From Macrostomum lignano (Eukaryota), in NCBI GenBank assembly GCA_002269645.1, contig NIVC01001563.1, forward strand, positions 1 through 64,000: a stretch of DNA of 64,000 bases, given 5' to 3'. The position numbers and the translations under genes were made by a program. The notes below the pieces were generated by a model. It did not search any database. It worked only from the letters and a program-made list of their open reading frames with translations, and was not told the DNA's origin. Numbering within the stretch: position 1 is the stretch's first letter; each line of letters starts with the position of its first letter. Below, in pieces: positions 12,408-24,150 of this stretch.

Positions 12408-15400
12408 ACAATTCACAAACCACAATTCAAGACAAGAGATAGCATAGATGCGAACAGACTGGACTGCTAATGCTGCGACCTGGGTTCGAATCTTAGTAGT
12501 GCAAAAAGATTTTTTTATTCAAAAACCTTAAAAACACAAAATGCTAAACACAAAAAAGCACAATGTCAAACATTAAAGAGCCACCATGTCAAACATTAAA
12601 GAGCCACCATGTCGACCATTAAAGAGCCACCATGTCGACCATTAAAGAGCCACCATGTCGAACATTAAAGAGCTACCATGTCGAACATTAAAGAGCCACC
12701 ATGTCGACCATTAAAGAGCCACCATGTCGAACATTAAAGAGCCACCATGTCGAACATTAAAGAGCCACCATGTCCAACATATACATGACTCCATGTTGAA
12801 CATTAAAGAGCTACCATGTCAAACATATACATGACGCCATGTCGAACATAAAAGAGCCACCATGTCGAACATTAAAAAGCCACCATGTCAAACATTAAAG
12901 AGCCACCATTTCAAACCTAAAAGAGCCACCATGTCGAACATTAAAGAGCCACCATGTCAAACATTAAAGAGCAACCAGGTCAAACATATACATGACTCCA
13001 TGTCGAACATTGAAGAGCCACCATGTCGAACATTAAAGGGCCACCATGTCAAATATTAAAGGGCCACCATGTCAAATATTAAAGAGCCACCAGGTCAAAC
13101 ATGAAATTGCCACCATGTCTAACATTAAAGAGCCACCATGGCAAACATATACATGACTCTATGTCGAACATTCAAGAGCTACCATGTCAAACATATACAT
13201 GAATCAATGTCAAACATTAAAGAGACACTATGTCAAACATTAAAGAGCCACCAGGTCAAACATGAAAGTGCCACCATGTAACACATTAAAGAGCCACCAT
13301 GTCGAACATTTAAGAACCACCATGTCAAACATAAAATAGCCACCATGTGAAACATATACGTGACTCCATGTAAAACATTAAAGAGCTACCATATCAGACA
13401 TATACATGACTCCATGTCAAACATATACGGGACTCCATGTCAAACATTAAAGAGCCACCATGTCGAACATTAAAGAGCCAACATGTTAAAAATACAAGAG
13501 CCACCATGTTAAACATATACATGACTCCATGTCAAATATTAAAGAGACACCATGTCGAACATAAAAGAGCCACCATGCAAAACATAAAAGAGCCACCATG
13601 TCTAAAATTAAAGAGCCACCATGGCAAACATATACATGACTCTATGTCGAACATTCAAGAGCTACCATGCCAAACATATACATGACTCCATGTCAAACAT
13701 TAAAGAGCCACCATGTCGAACATTTAAGAGCCACCATGTCAAACATATACATGACTCCATGTTGAACATTCAAGAGCTACCATGTCAAACATATACATGA
13801 CTCCATGTTGAACATTCAAGAGCTACCATGTCAAACATATACATGACGCCATGTCGAACATAAAAGAGCCACCATGTAAAACATATACGTAACTCCATGT
13901 CAAACATTGAAGCGACACCATGTCGAACATTAAAGGGCCACCATGTCGAACATTAAAGAGCGACCATGTCGAACATTAAAGAGCCACCAAGTCAAACATG
14001 AAAGTGCCACCATGTAAAACATTAAAGAGCCACCATGTCAAACATTAAAGAGCCACCAGGTCAAACATATACATGACTCCATGTCAAACATTGAAGAGCC
14101 ACCATGTCGAACATAAAAGGGCCACCATGTCAAATATTAAAGAGCCACCATGTCAAACATTAAAGAGCCACCAGGTCAAACATGAAAGTGCCACCATGTA
14201 AAACATTAAAGAGCCACCATGTCAAACATTAAAGAGCCACCAGGTCAAACATATACATGACTCCATGTCAAACATTGAAGAGCCACCATGTCTAACATAA
14301 AAGGGCCACCATGTCAAATATTAAAGAGCCACCATGTCAAACATTAAAGAGCCACCAGGTCAAACATGAAAGTGCCACCATGTAAAACATTAAAGAGCCA
14401 CCTTGTCAAACATTTAAGAACCACCATGTCAAACATAAAATAGCCAACATGTGAAACATATACCTGACTCCATGTAAAACATTAAAGAGCTACCATATCA
14501 GGCATATGCATGACTCCATGTCAAACATATACGTGACTCCATGTTAGACAATTAAGAGCCACCATTTCGAACATTAAAGAGTCAACATGTTAAAAATACA
14601 AGAGCATCCATGTCAAACATATACATGACGCCATGTCAAACATTGAAGAGACACCATGTCGAACATAAAAGAGCCACCATGCAAAACATAAAAGAGCCAC
14701 CATGTCTAACATTAAAGAGCCACCATGTCAAACATATACATGACTCCATGTCAAACATTAAAAAGACACTATGTCAAACATTAAAGAGCCACCATGTCGA
14801 ACATTTAAGAGCTACCATGTCAAACATATACATGACTCCATGTTGAACATTCAAGAGCTACCATGTCAAACATATACATGAATCAATGTCAAACATTAAA
14901 GATACACTATGTCAAACATTAAAGAGCCACCAGGTCAAACATTGAAGAGCCACCATGTCAAACATTATAGAGCCACTATGTCGAACATTTAAGAGCCACC
15001 ATGTCAAACATATACATGACTTCATGTCGAACATTACAGAGCCACCATGTCAAAGATAAAAGAGCCACCATGTCAAACATAAAAGAGCTACCATTTCAAA
15101 TATTAAAGAGCCACCAGGTCAGACATGAAAGTGCCACCATGTAAAACATTAAAGAGCCACCATGTCAAACATATACGTAACTCCATGTCAAACATTGAAG
15201 CGACACCATGTCGAACATAAAAGAGCCACCATGTCGAACATAAAAGAGCTACCATGTCAAACATTAAAGAGCCACAATGTCAAACATATAAGTGACTTTA
15301 TGTCGAACATTAAAGAGCCACCATGTCTAACATTAAAAAGCCACCATGTCCAACATTAAAGAGCCACCATGTCAAACATTAAAGAGCCACCATGTCAAAC

Positions 15401-16570
15401 ATAAAAGAGCCACCTTTTTGAACATTAAAGAGCCACCATGTCAAACATAATAGAGCCACCATGTCAAACATAATAGAGCCACCATGTCAAACATTAAAAA
15501 GCCACTTTGTCAAACATAGAAGAGCCCCATGTCAAACATAGAAGAGCCCCCATGTCAAACATAGAAGAGCCACCATGTCAGACATTGAAAAGCCACCGTA
15601 TCAAACATAAAAGAGTTACCATGTACGAGCGTAGAACAAAAAAGAGCCACAATGTATAACATAAAGGAGCCACAATGTATAACATAAAAGAGCCACCCTG
15701 TTAAACATAAAAGATACACAATTTCAAACGTAAAAGTAAGCGAATTTTAAAGGAGCCGCTATAATGCTAAGGAAATTGTCGCACTAGCTACTTATTGTCT
15801 GGTGGATGCTTACTATTTGGGGATGCTATCTATCTTGGGGATGCTTGCTATCTGGGGGATGCTTGCTATCTGGGGGATGCTTGCTATCTGGGGGATGCCT
15901 GCTATCTGGGGGATGCTTGCTATCTGGGGGATGCTTGCTATCTGGGGGATGCTTGCTATCTGGGGGATGCTTGCTATCTGAGGGATGCTTGCTATCTGGG
16001 GATGCTTGCTATCTGGGGGATGCTTGCTATCTGAGGGATGCTTGCTATCTGGGGGATGCTTGCTATCTAAGGGATTCTTGCTATCTAGGGGATGCTTGCT
16101 TTCTGGGGGATGCTTGCTATCCGGGGGATGCTTGCTATCTAGGGAATGCTTGCAATCTGGGGGATGCTTGCTATCTGAGGGATGCTTGCTATCTGGGGGA
16201 TGCTTGCTATCTGGGGGACGCTTGCTATCTGGGGGATGCTTGCTATCTTGGGGATGCTTGCTATCTGGGGGATGCTTGCTATCTTGGGGATGCTTGCTAT
16301 CTGGGGGATGCTTGCTATCTGGGGGAGGCTTGCTATCTGGGGGATGCTTGCTATCTTGGGGATGCTTGCTATCTGGGGGATGCTTGCTATCTTGGGGATG
16401 CTTGCTATCTGGGGGATGCTTGCGGTCTTGGGATGATTTCTTTTTGCAATGCACTTCATTTGAGCAGTTTGCCTGTTGTCTTTTTGAAGGATTTTTGGCT
16501 GTTTTTTTGTTACTTGTAGAGAACAGAGATTCTATCCAGATGTCCCCCATCGGGGGGCAAAGATTGCTAG
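12408..16570 (+). repeat. Composite repeat unit copy 2: tRNA-like head, ~135 x 23-bp satellite, spacer, ~35 x 18-bp satellite, tail, hairpin + CTAG end
   Basis: Same module order as copy 1, joined head-to-tail at ctatccagatgtcc|acaattca. 23-bp array ~12555-15715; 18-bp array ~15800-16430. Confidence 0.92.
12438..12517 (+). ncRNA. Degenerate tRNA-like sequence with A-box-like and B-box motifs (copy 2)
   Basis: TAGCATAGATG (A-box-like), tggactgctaat (resembles a tRNA-Ser(GCT) anticodon arm), GGGTTCGAATC (B box), then a T7 run. The anticodon and acceptor stems are imperfect, so it is not called a functional tRNA. Confidence 0.5.
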
Positions 16571-18159
16571 TTATTAAATAATATTGAGCTTGTTAATAAC
16601 GCGATGTATATTTAATATATGGTAATATTGTGGTAGTACCACTAGTCACATAATCACAAATCTTGACTTTTTTCAAGATCTTAAAACCAAGATTGAGATT
16701 TTAAAAAGTCAGGATTAAGATTAAGATCTTGTTTGACCCCTAATGCCATAGTCCAAAATCTAGATCATGCTAGGTATATACTCAAACATAAATGAACTAG
16801 TTACAAATGCATGCCAAAAAAATTGAGTGCACACCCACACTCTCAAATCTAGGCCAATGTTGAGAATAAATGACCTTTTTGTGTTATAAAGGAAGGAACC
16901 TTTTTGGTTGATTATTTATTTTTATTGCCTATACTATTTCTAGCAGAAAATTGACATGCATAAACATTTGTAAAAATGCCTTTTTATAAGCCTAAAATTG
17001 GAAGGCTTGAAATTTATACTTGAACTTACATTTGAATTTTTCAATCTTTTGTCTACTTAACACTAAACCTTTTACATGATTCTATAAAATGCATACTAGG
17101 TATGCATCTACTTTTATTTTTTATTTTTAAAGATAAGTAAACATGGCACTTTAGGCAGATTTACAATTTTAGACTAATAATTAGCAGATCCTACTGGGCT
17201 TAGTGGGTTGGTAGGGAAGATAGTATTAGCCTCAGAGCAGACTCAGAGGTCTGGGTTTAGGATGAGAACAAGGTCTGGACAATTGAAGAAATTGGGCAAT
17301 CACAGAACTGAGAAACTGGTGTTTACTAGAGAGACAATAGGGCTAAAAATATTTGATGGAAACAAGGCTCAAGAGGGTTTGTATTTATAGGTAAGAAACT
17401 ATTGCACCATTGCATGCAAGACCCCTTTGTGCCAGATTGTGTGATGCTATTGCTAATTTTAGCAACTGATGCTAAGGTTTGCCTTAGAGAAGGCAAGGGT
17501 CTTAGAGTATGTGATTTCTACTATAAACATAGACCAATTGCACAGTGAGGAATTCACTGCACTTTGGGTCCCAAGAAAGCAAGGCTTGTCATATGACTAG
17601 CTCACATAACAAGGGAAAAGGGCCTACTAGTGAAGTTATTAGTGACCTTGAGACTAGAAAATAGTGAACCATTAGTGCACCCTTTAAAGAGGTAATATAT
17701 ATAAATAGCTTCTATTAGCAAATTGACCATTTATAGTTATATTGCAATTACCAACTAGAAAACTTATTATTTAATAGACAAAGTTATTTCAATAGACAAA
17801 GCCTGTTCTAACAATAGGATATTGTTATAGTCATTCATTTTGAAATATTATATTGATGGTAATAAAGTCTAGGTTTGTCTATCTTTAACTAATATTTAAA
17901 TGCAAATGGGAACTAATTGTTGCTTATAGGATATCTTCAAACCTAAAAATATATTTAAGAATTAAGTCATTTTCAATCAGCTAGAAGGCTATCTGTAATG
18001 GTGATGTACAATTGTGTAATTTTTGGGAGACCAATTTCATGGAGAAGTGCACCAAATAAAATAAAAATATCATTTTTTCATCACATAATCAATGATTGCA
18101 TTTGATATGTGGCAGAGGCGATTACCACTTGTTTAATTGCAGCATGTTACTTCTTTATA

Positions 18160-18931
18160 CGAGGGGTGTCCCAAAAGTAGTGTTACTTTATACTATATCT
18201 CTCGTTCTGCTGATCCAAATAACATCATTTTGTACAGATTTATAGCAGAAACCTTCTTCTTTATATTAACTGTAACATTATTAAAAACAGACAATGAAAA
18301 CAAAAGTTATGAACTAAAATGTAGCAAGAACTTGACAATAGACTTACAGTAAGTAAGCAATTTAACAAAATTTCGAAGTGGTAGCTCACAAACAGGTAAC
18401 TGGCTATAGTGAATGCTGCAAAATGACTGCAGTGAATGACTGCGATAGACCCATGAGCCGATGAAAGTTGAGCATGGATCTCGGCTCAACTGTGCCCCAT
18501 CCCCAAAGGTGTATATCACACTCCTCTGAGCAACACTTGAATGCACATCCCTGACTTTTAAGTTTTAGCGCAGCAAAAGGAGGGAACAAAAAGCAATAAA
18601 GCTGAAGCCCAGTCTGAAATATTCTGTTGCTTTAAAAGCTATAGCTTCTCCATTTTTTCCATAGATATCTCTGTCACAGCAGCCTAACAAAGAGGTCTGA
18701 GTGCATCAATCAAAAGTACTTTCGCTACTTTCCGCTAGCTTGTCGAATTCTATGGTCGAGGTCCTGCTACATTTTAGTTTATAACTTTTGTTTCCATTGT
18801 CTGTTTTTAATGATGTTAAAGTTAATATAAAGAAGAGAGTTGCCGCTATAAATCTGTGAAAAATGATGTTATTTGGATCAGCAGAACGAGAGATATAGAG
18901 AAAAGTAACACTACTTTTGGGACACCCCTCG
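18160..18931. mobile_element. Non-autonomous Tc1/mariner-type MITE, 772 bp, TA target-site duplication, ~190-bp imperfect TIRs
   Basis: TA|cgaggggtgtcccaaaagtagtgttacttt ... aaagtaacactacttttgggacacccctcg|TA. Inverted similarity continues from 18160 to ~18345 versus ~18745 to 18931. No transposase ORF. Confidence 0.92.
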
Positions 18932-19448
18932 TATATTTATATTGCTATATAGTAAATTTCATAAGTTATTTCATAAGTCCAAAGTTGTATACACTAACAC
19001 TGTGTATTGTAGGAACTAATATGCATTGAAGTGGAATCAATAATAATTGATTACAATTATGGCTTAGGAGTACCTGCAAGCAATATTCTTATTACAAATT
19101 CTCGATTCAAGAATGAACAAAACAAAAAGTTAAGCATCTATGAAATTGGCCTCTTAAAAAACTGATACGATCTTTATAAACTTTATGTTTTGCTATACTA
19201 AATGATTATAAAATGACCAATACTTTCAATGAAATATCGATTATTACGAAAAAAATAAGTTTCACTTTGTTAAAGTGAAATTGGAATTACCACTGCTGAG
19301 TCCGCTTTGCCCCAGACGGGAGCAGCAAAGCGAAGCGGCCTCCAGTGCCGTTTCGCCGGTCAAGCAGCAGCGCGCCGCTGTCAGGCCCTGGTAGATTAAA
19401 GAGCGCAGTTGCTAACTCTAGGCTATTTTAAATAAGCCTAGGGCGGGC

Positions 19449-22400
19449 ATGTCAGCCACGGACCAGTCAGGCACCGCGGTTGTCGAGGCCGCGAAGCCGT
19501 TAGCCACACATTGCCGGCACGTGCAGAATTTGATTAACCTGACAGTTGACAAAGAGCTGATCCCGCTGCGCCGGCTCTGCTCGCAGATGGGCCAGGCCCG
19601 GGCCCCGCCCGCCGAGTGTCAGCAGGCCGAGGCCAAGCTGTGCGCATTCTACGCCGATCAACTGTGCGCCCTGAGCCGGATGCCGCCGGAGGAGGCCGCC
19701 GAGGTGCGCCAGTCCTGCGCTATACCGAAGACTGACCAGTGGCTGATGCACGTTGTTGAATTGGAGGAGCGAGCGGTGCTGCAGGTTTGTGTTTTATACC
19801 TGATTAGTGTCACTCATACTGGTCACTCTGGTCAGTCATACTGGTCACTCTGGTCAATCATACTGGTCACTCGGGTCAGTCATACTGGTCACTCGGGTCA
19901 GTCATACTGGTCACACGGGTCAGTCATACTGGTCACTCTGGTCAATCATACTGGTCACTCGGGTCAATCATACTGGTCACTCTGGTCAATCATACTGGTC
20001 ACTCGGGTCAGTCATACTGGTCACTCGGGTCAGTCATACTGGTCACTCTGGTCAATCATACTGGTCACTCGGGTCAGTCATACTGGTCACTCTGGTCAAT
20101 CATACTGGTCACTCGGGTCAGTCATACTGGTCACACGGGTCAGTCATACTGGTCACTCTGGTCAATCATACTGGTCACTCGGGTCAGTCATACTGGTCAC
20201 TCTGGTCAATCATACTGGTCACTCGGGTCAGTCATACTGGTCACTCGGGTCAGTCATACTTGTCACTCTGGTCAATCATACTGGTCACTCGGGTCAGTCA
20301 TACTGGTCACTCTGGTCAATCATACTGGTCACTCGGGTCAGTCATACTGGTCACTCGGGTCAGTCATACTGGTCACTCGGGTCAGTCATACTGGTCACAC
20401 GGGTCAGTCATACTGGTCACTCGGGTCAGTCATACTGGTCACTCGGGTCAGTCATACTGGTCACTCGGGTCAGTCATACTGGTCACTCGGTGAGCCATAC
20501 TAGTCACTCGGGTCACTCAGAATAGTCACTCAGTTCACTCATTTCTGATCACTAACGCCATTCATGCTAATCACTCTAGTCGCAAAGCCATCGTCACCAA
20601 ACCGCGCACCCGCACAGGTGGTCCGGAACTGGACCCTGCTCGAGCTAGTCCGGCTAGAGAAGCCGCGCCTGCTGGAGCTGCTGGCCGAGTTGCACACGCC
20701 CGAGACCACAGTTGAACGCTGCGTCCGCTGCTATCAGCTTGTGCAGCAGTACTATCACCAGTTCCTTGAGGCGCCAGACACTCTAGTTGAAGTCGCCTAT
20801 CCTTCCGTGGCCAGTCCCTGCTCAACCAGTCCCGCCACTCCGCCTCAGGCCGACCAGCTAATGGAAGGCACACCAGATGACTCGGACGTTGGCGCAGGCA
20901 TTGGCAGTGGCGGCGGCGGCGGCACCGGCACCAGTGGTGGCTCAGCTGAAGCAGATTCCGTCGCTGCCGCCTCGCTGTTGGCATTCGGCGCTGGCGCCGA
21001 TTCAACTGGCGGCGGCGGCAGCGTCCGCGCCAACGCTGTCGACTCGCCATTGCGCCGCAGTCCCGAGGGCGGCGTCTCCACGTCGGCGTCAGTGAACAGC
21101 GGCTCGCTGCCGGCCACGCCAGGCCCAGCTGGGCCGCAGCAGGCAAACAGGTCGCTGAGCGGCACTCCGCCGCCAGCCAGCCCGCGCCTGCCGCCGTTCA
21201 ACATAGTGCACACCAACTATCCGGCGCCTATGACTCGCAGCTCCTCAGTTGAGTCCAACATTCAGAACTATGTTAGCCGAAGCGCACAGCATAGGCAGAG
21301 GAAATCGACGTCGGATTTTCCCGAGCAGCAGGTTGTCGGTGAGTCGGCTGGCGTCGCCTACGGCCACAAATGGGACACCAATAAGCTGTTTAACATTGGC
21401 GCCAAGTGCTGCGTCTGCTCCGAGCGAATTCTCAACCATCTGCGCCGGTGCGTCCACTGCAACAAGCGGTGCCACAAGCGCTGCACCAGCAACGCAGGAG
21501 CCTGCAGCTATCACCTGGCCAAGGATCCCAGGGGCCAGCGGGATATCGTTGTTACGTCCTCGACTGCTGCAGCCGCAGCCGCCGCCGCAGCAGCGGCCTC
21601 TGCCGGCGTCGCTCGTGGGGCGCCGATTCGAGCTCGAATCCCAGCTCGTCGAACACGCCGTCGACGCCGCGCTCGCCAAGCCAGCTGGCTGGCGGAGGCG
21701 GCGGCGGAGGCGGCCACTCTCCGCAGGCGCCTCCTTCCGTGACTAAAGGAGGTGGAGGCGGCGGGTTCGTTTTCACTTTCCCGCCCAAGTTCGGCGGCAG
21801 CGGCGGTGGCGGTGGCGGCGGCGCCCCCGCGAAGATCCAGATCATGCCGGACGAAGAGAGCTGGAGCAGCAGCTTCGGGCCGGAGGTGTCCGGCGACTAT
21901 ACCGACGGTACAGCGGCGGGCGATCTAGTGAAGAAATGGGAGATCCCCTTCGACGAGCTGGTGATCCGGGAGCTGCTGGGAACCGGCAATTTCTGCAGCG
22001 TACACCGCGGTCAGTGGCACGGCGAGGTGGCGGTGAAATTTCTGCGCAAACCGCGCGACACCGCCTCGGCCGAGTTCGACGAAGAGGCCGGCCGGGCCGT
22101 CCTGCAGACCTTCAAGCTGGACGTGAAGAAGGCCGCCCTGACCCGGCACGAGAATCTGGCCCTGTTCCTTGGCGCCTGTCTGGATCCCAAGAATCTGTGC
22201 ATTGTAACGGCTCTGTGCAAAGGCCACAGTCTGTACCATGAGCTGCGGGAACAGCCAACAAGTCAGGCAAGGTTCACTGTCACCAGGTGCGTAGCGGTGG
22301 CCCAGCAGATTGTGCAGGGCATGGGCTACCTGCACGCCAGGGACATTGTGCACGCCGATCTGCGTTCCAAGAATGTATTCATCGAGTTCATGTCTAACAA

Positions 22401-23723
22401 TGCCGTGAAAGCTGTAATCACGGACTATGCGCTGTTTAATTGGACTCGAATGGCCGAGGCAACTCGCAAGGGCCCGGCCTGTCTGCAGGTGCCACCTGGC
22501 TGGCTCTGCTACCTGGCACCGGAGCTGCTGCGCTGTCTGCAGGGCGGCATGAAGACCATGCACTTCTCTAAGGAGACTGACGTGTTCGCGTTTGGGTAAG
22601 CGATTGAAAGCACTGTTACTGGGTCAGCCAGTGTTTTACTGGGTCAGCCAGTGTCACTGGGTCAGCCAGTGTATTACTGGGTCAGCCAGTATGTTACTGG
22701 GTCAGTCAGGTGATTATATGGGTCAGCCAGTGTGTTACTGGGTCAGTCGGTGTGTCACTGGGTCAGCCAGTGTGTTACTGGGTCAGCCAGTGTGTTACTA
22801 GGTCAGCCAGTGTCACTGGGTCAGTATGTAAGCTACTGGATCAGTCAGATGATTATATGGGTCAGTCAGTGTGTTACTGGGTCAGTCAGTGTGTTACTGG
22901 GTCAACCAGTGTGTTACTGGGTCAACCAGTGTGTTACTGGGTCAGTTAGTGTGTTCTGGGTCAGTCAGTGTGTTACTGGGTCAGTCAGGTGATTATATGG
23001 GTCAGTCAGTGTGTCACTGGGTCAGCCAGTGTGTTACTGGGTCAGTCAGGTGATTATATGGGTCAGTCAGGTGATTATATGGGTCAGTGTGTTACTGAGT
23101 CATAAAATGAGTCAACCATGTGACGGATGTGAGTAGATAGTTTCTCTAAGTTATTAGATGAATTATCCAGGTATATGGATCTAAGTTACCCAGGAGTATA
23201 GATCAGGTTATCCAATTGTATAGATCAGGTTACCGGGGTGATAGATCAGGTTACCCAGGTGTATAGATCAGGTTTCCCAAGTGATTAGATCTGATGATTC
23301 GATTAGTCAGCACAGCAATTAGACGGGAACAAACAGTTGTTACTAATCCCTGTTAACTTCAGCACCCTATGGTACGAGCTGATGACCAAGCAGTGGCCCT
23401 ACAAACGCCTGGCTGTCGAAGCAATCATCTGGAAAGGTGGCAATGGAATCATGCAGAGCCTTGGAGACATCGGCCTGCCGTCCAACTACAAGGTGAGTCT
23501 CATCATTGTCCGCGCATAATCAAAACGCCCAAGAAGTGCATTAAAACACATTAATCAAAACCCGACCCAAATACAGGAAATCGTGCTCAAGTGTTGGACC
23601 TTCGAGAAGACCCAACGGCCGCAGTTCGCCGACCTATTCAAGCTGATTAACAATTTGCCAAAAATTGGCCGCAGTCCGAGCTTTCCTGTGCGCTTCTCAA
23701 AGAGCCACGACAACTTGGCTTAG
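19449..23723 (+). CDS. KSR: Kinase suppressor of Ras (KSR)-family Raf-like kinase/scaffold, one apparent -1 frameshift near 21617-21620
   Basis: Exons 19449-19784, 20618-22595, 23363-23492 and 23577-23723. Features: N-terminal CC-SAM-like CRHVQNLINLTVDKELIPLRRLC...EAKL; RSSSVES; C1 domain HKWD...CCVC...CVHCNKRCHKRC; DSSSNPSSSNTPSTP; FTFP docking motif; kinase domain W...GEVAVK, HENLALFLG, HADLRSKNVF, ITDYALF, WLCYLAPE; C-terminus RSPSFPVRFSKS. Confidence 0.92.
19805..20530. repeat. 22-bp minisatellite (catactggtcactcgggtcagt) filling KSR intron 1
   Basis: Direct periodicity between donor 19785 and acceptor 20617. It explains the repetitive tail of ORF 19449 and ORF 19807. Confidence 0.95.
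22612..23100. repeat. ~20-bp minisatellite (actgggtcagccagtgtgtt) in KSR intron 2
   Basis: Direct periodicity. A second short array (atagatcaggttacccaggtgt) lies at ~23170-23290. Confidence 0.93.
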
Positions 23724-24150
23724 GAATTCCAGAAATTATAATTAAATTTAAGGCTAGCGTTAGTGCTGCCGTGTTTATTAGAATTCTATAATATGTGGAG
23801 TTATTGCAATTGCTGTCCTTTTTTATTTTGACTTAATTCTACTAGCTTTTAGTAATTGTCTCTGTCTCCATGGACTCGCTGTTGTGTACAATATTAACTA
23901 ATATTAAACAGACATGCTATTTCTGACTTCATTGTATTGCGTAAAATTTATTTATTAATACCGTATGCGCCTGTTCACCTGATCGACGACTGCAGGTGTG
24001 AATGTTATTAGCCTTTTCAGAATTAGCCAATGATATAAAATCAAAATAAATAGACAATATGCGCTACTTAACAGACAGTAGTTTGAAAGCATATTATGCC
24101 AGACCCCAATTCTGCAGTCGACTGCCTGACTCCGCTTGTCTTTAGCACAG

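Noticed and set aside
9705-16430. CRISPR-like array
   Set aside because: The monomers are contiguous with no unique spacers, there are no cas genes, and the context is eukaryotic.
15795-16581. Long ORFs (GDACYL, PPDSKH, GGCLLS repeats)
   Set aside because: They are translations of the 18-bp satellite, open in several frames on both strands, with no splice or homology support.
19785-20525. Repetitive extension of ORF 19449..20525 as real protein
   Set aside because: A donor at 19785 and an acceptor at 20617 join the KSR CC-SAM region correctly. The intron is 833 nt (not 3n) and read-through stops at 20525.
20571-22563. Antisense and alternate-frame ORFs over KSR (and similarly over PKG exon 1, the MPPE1-like gene and the LOTUS gene)
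   Set aside because: They are expected shadows of GC-rich coding sequence and carry no independent motifs.
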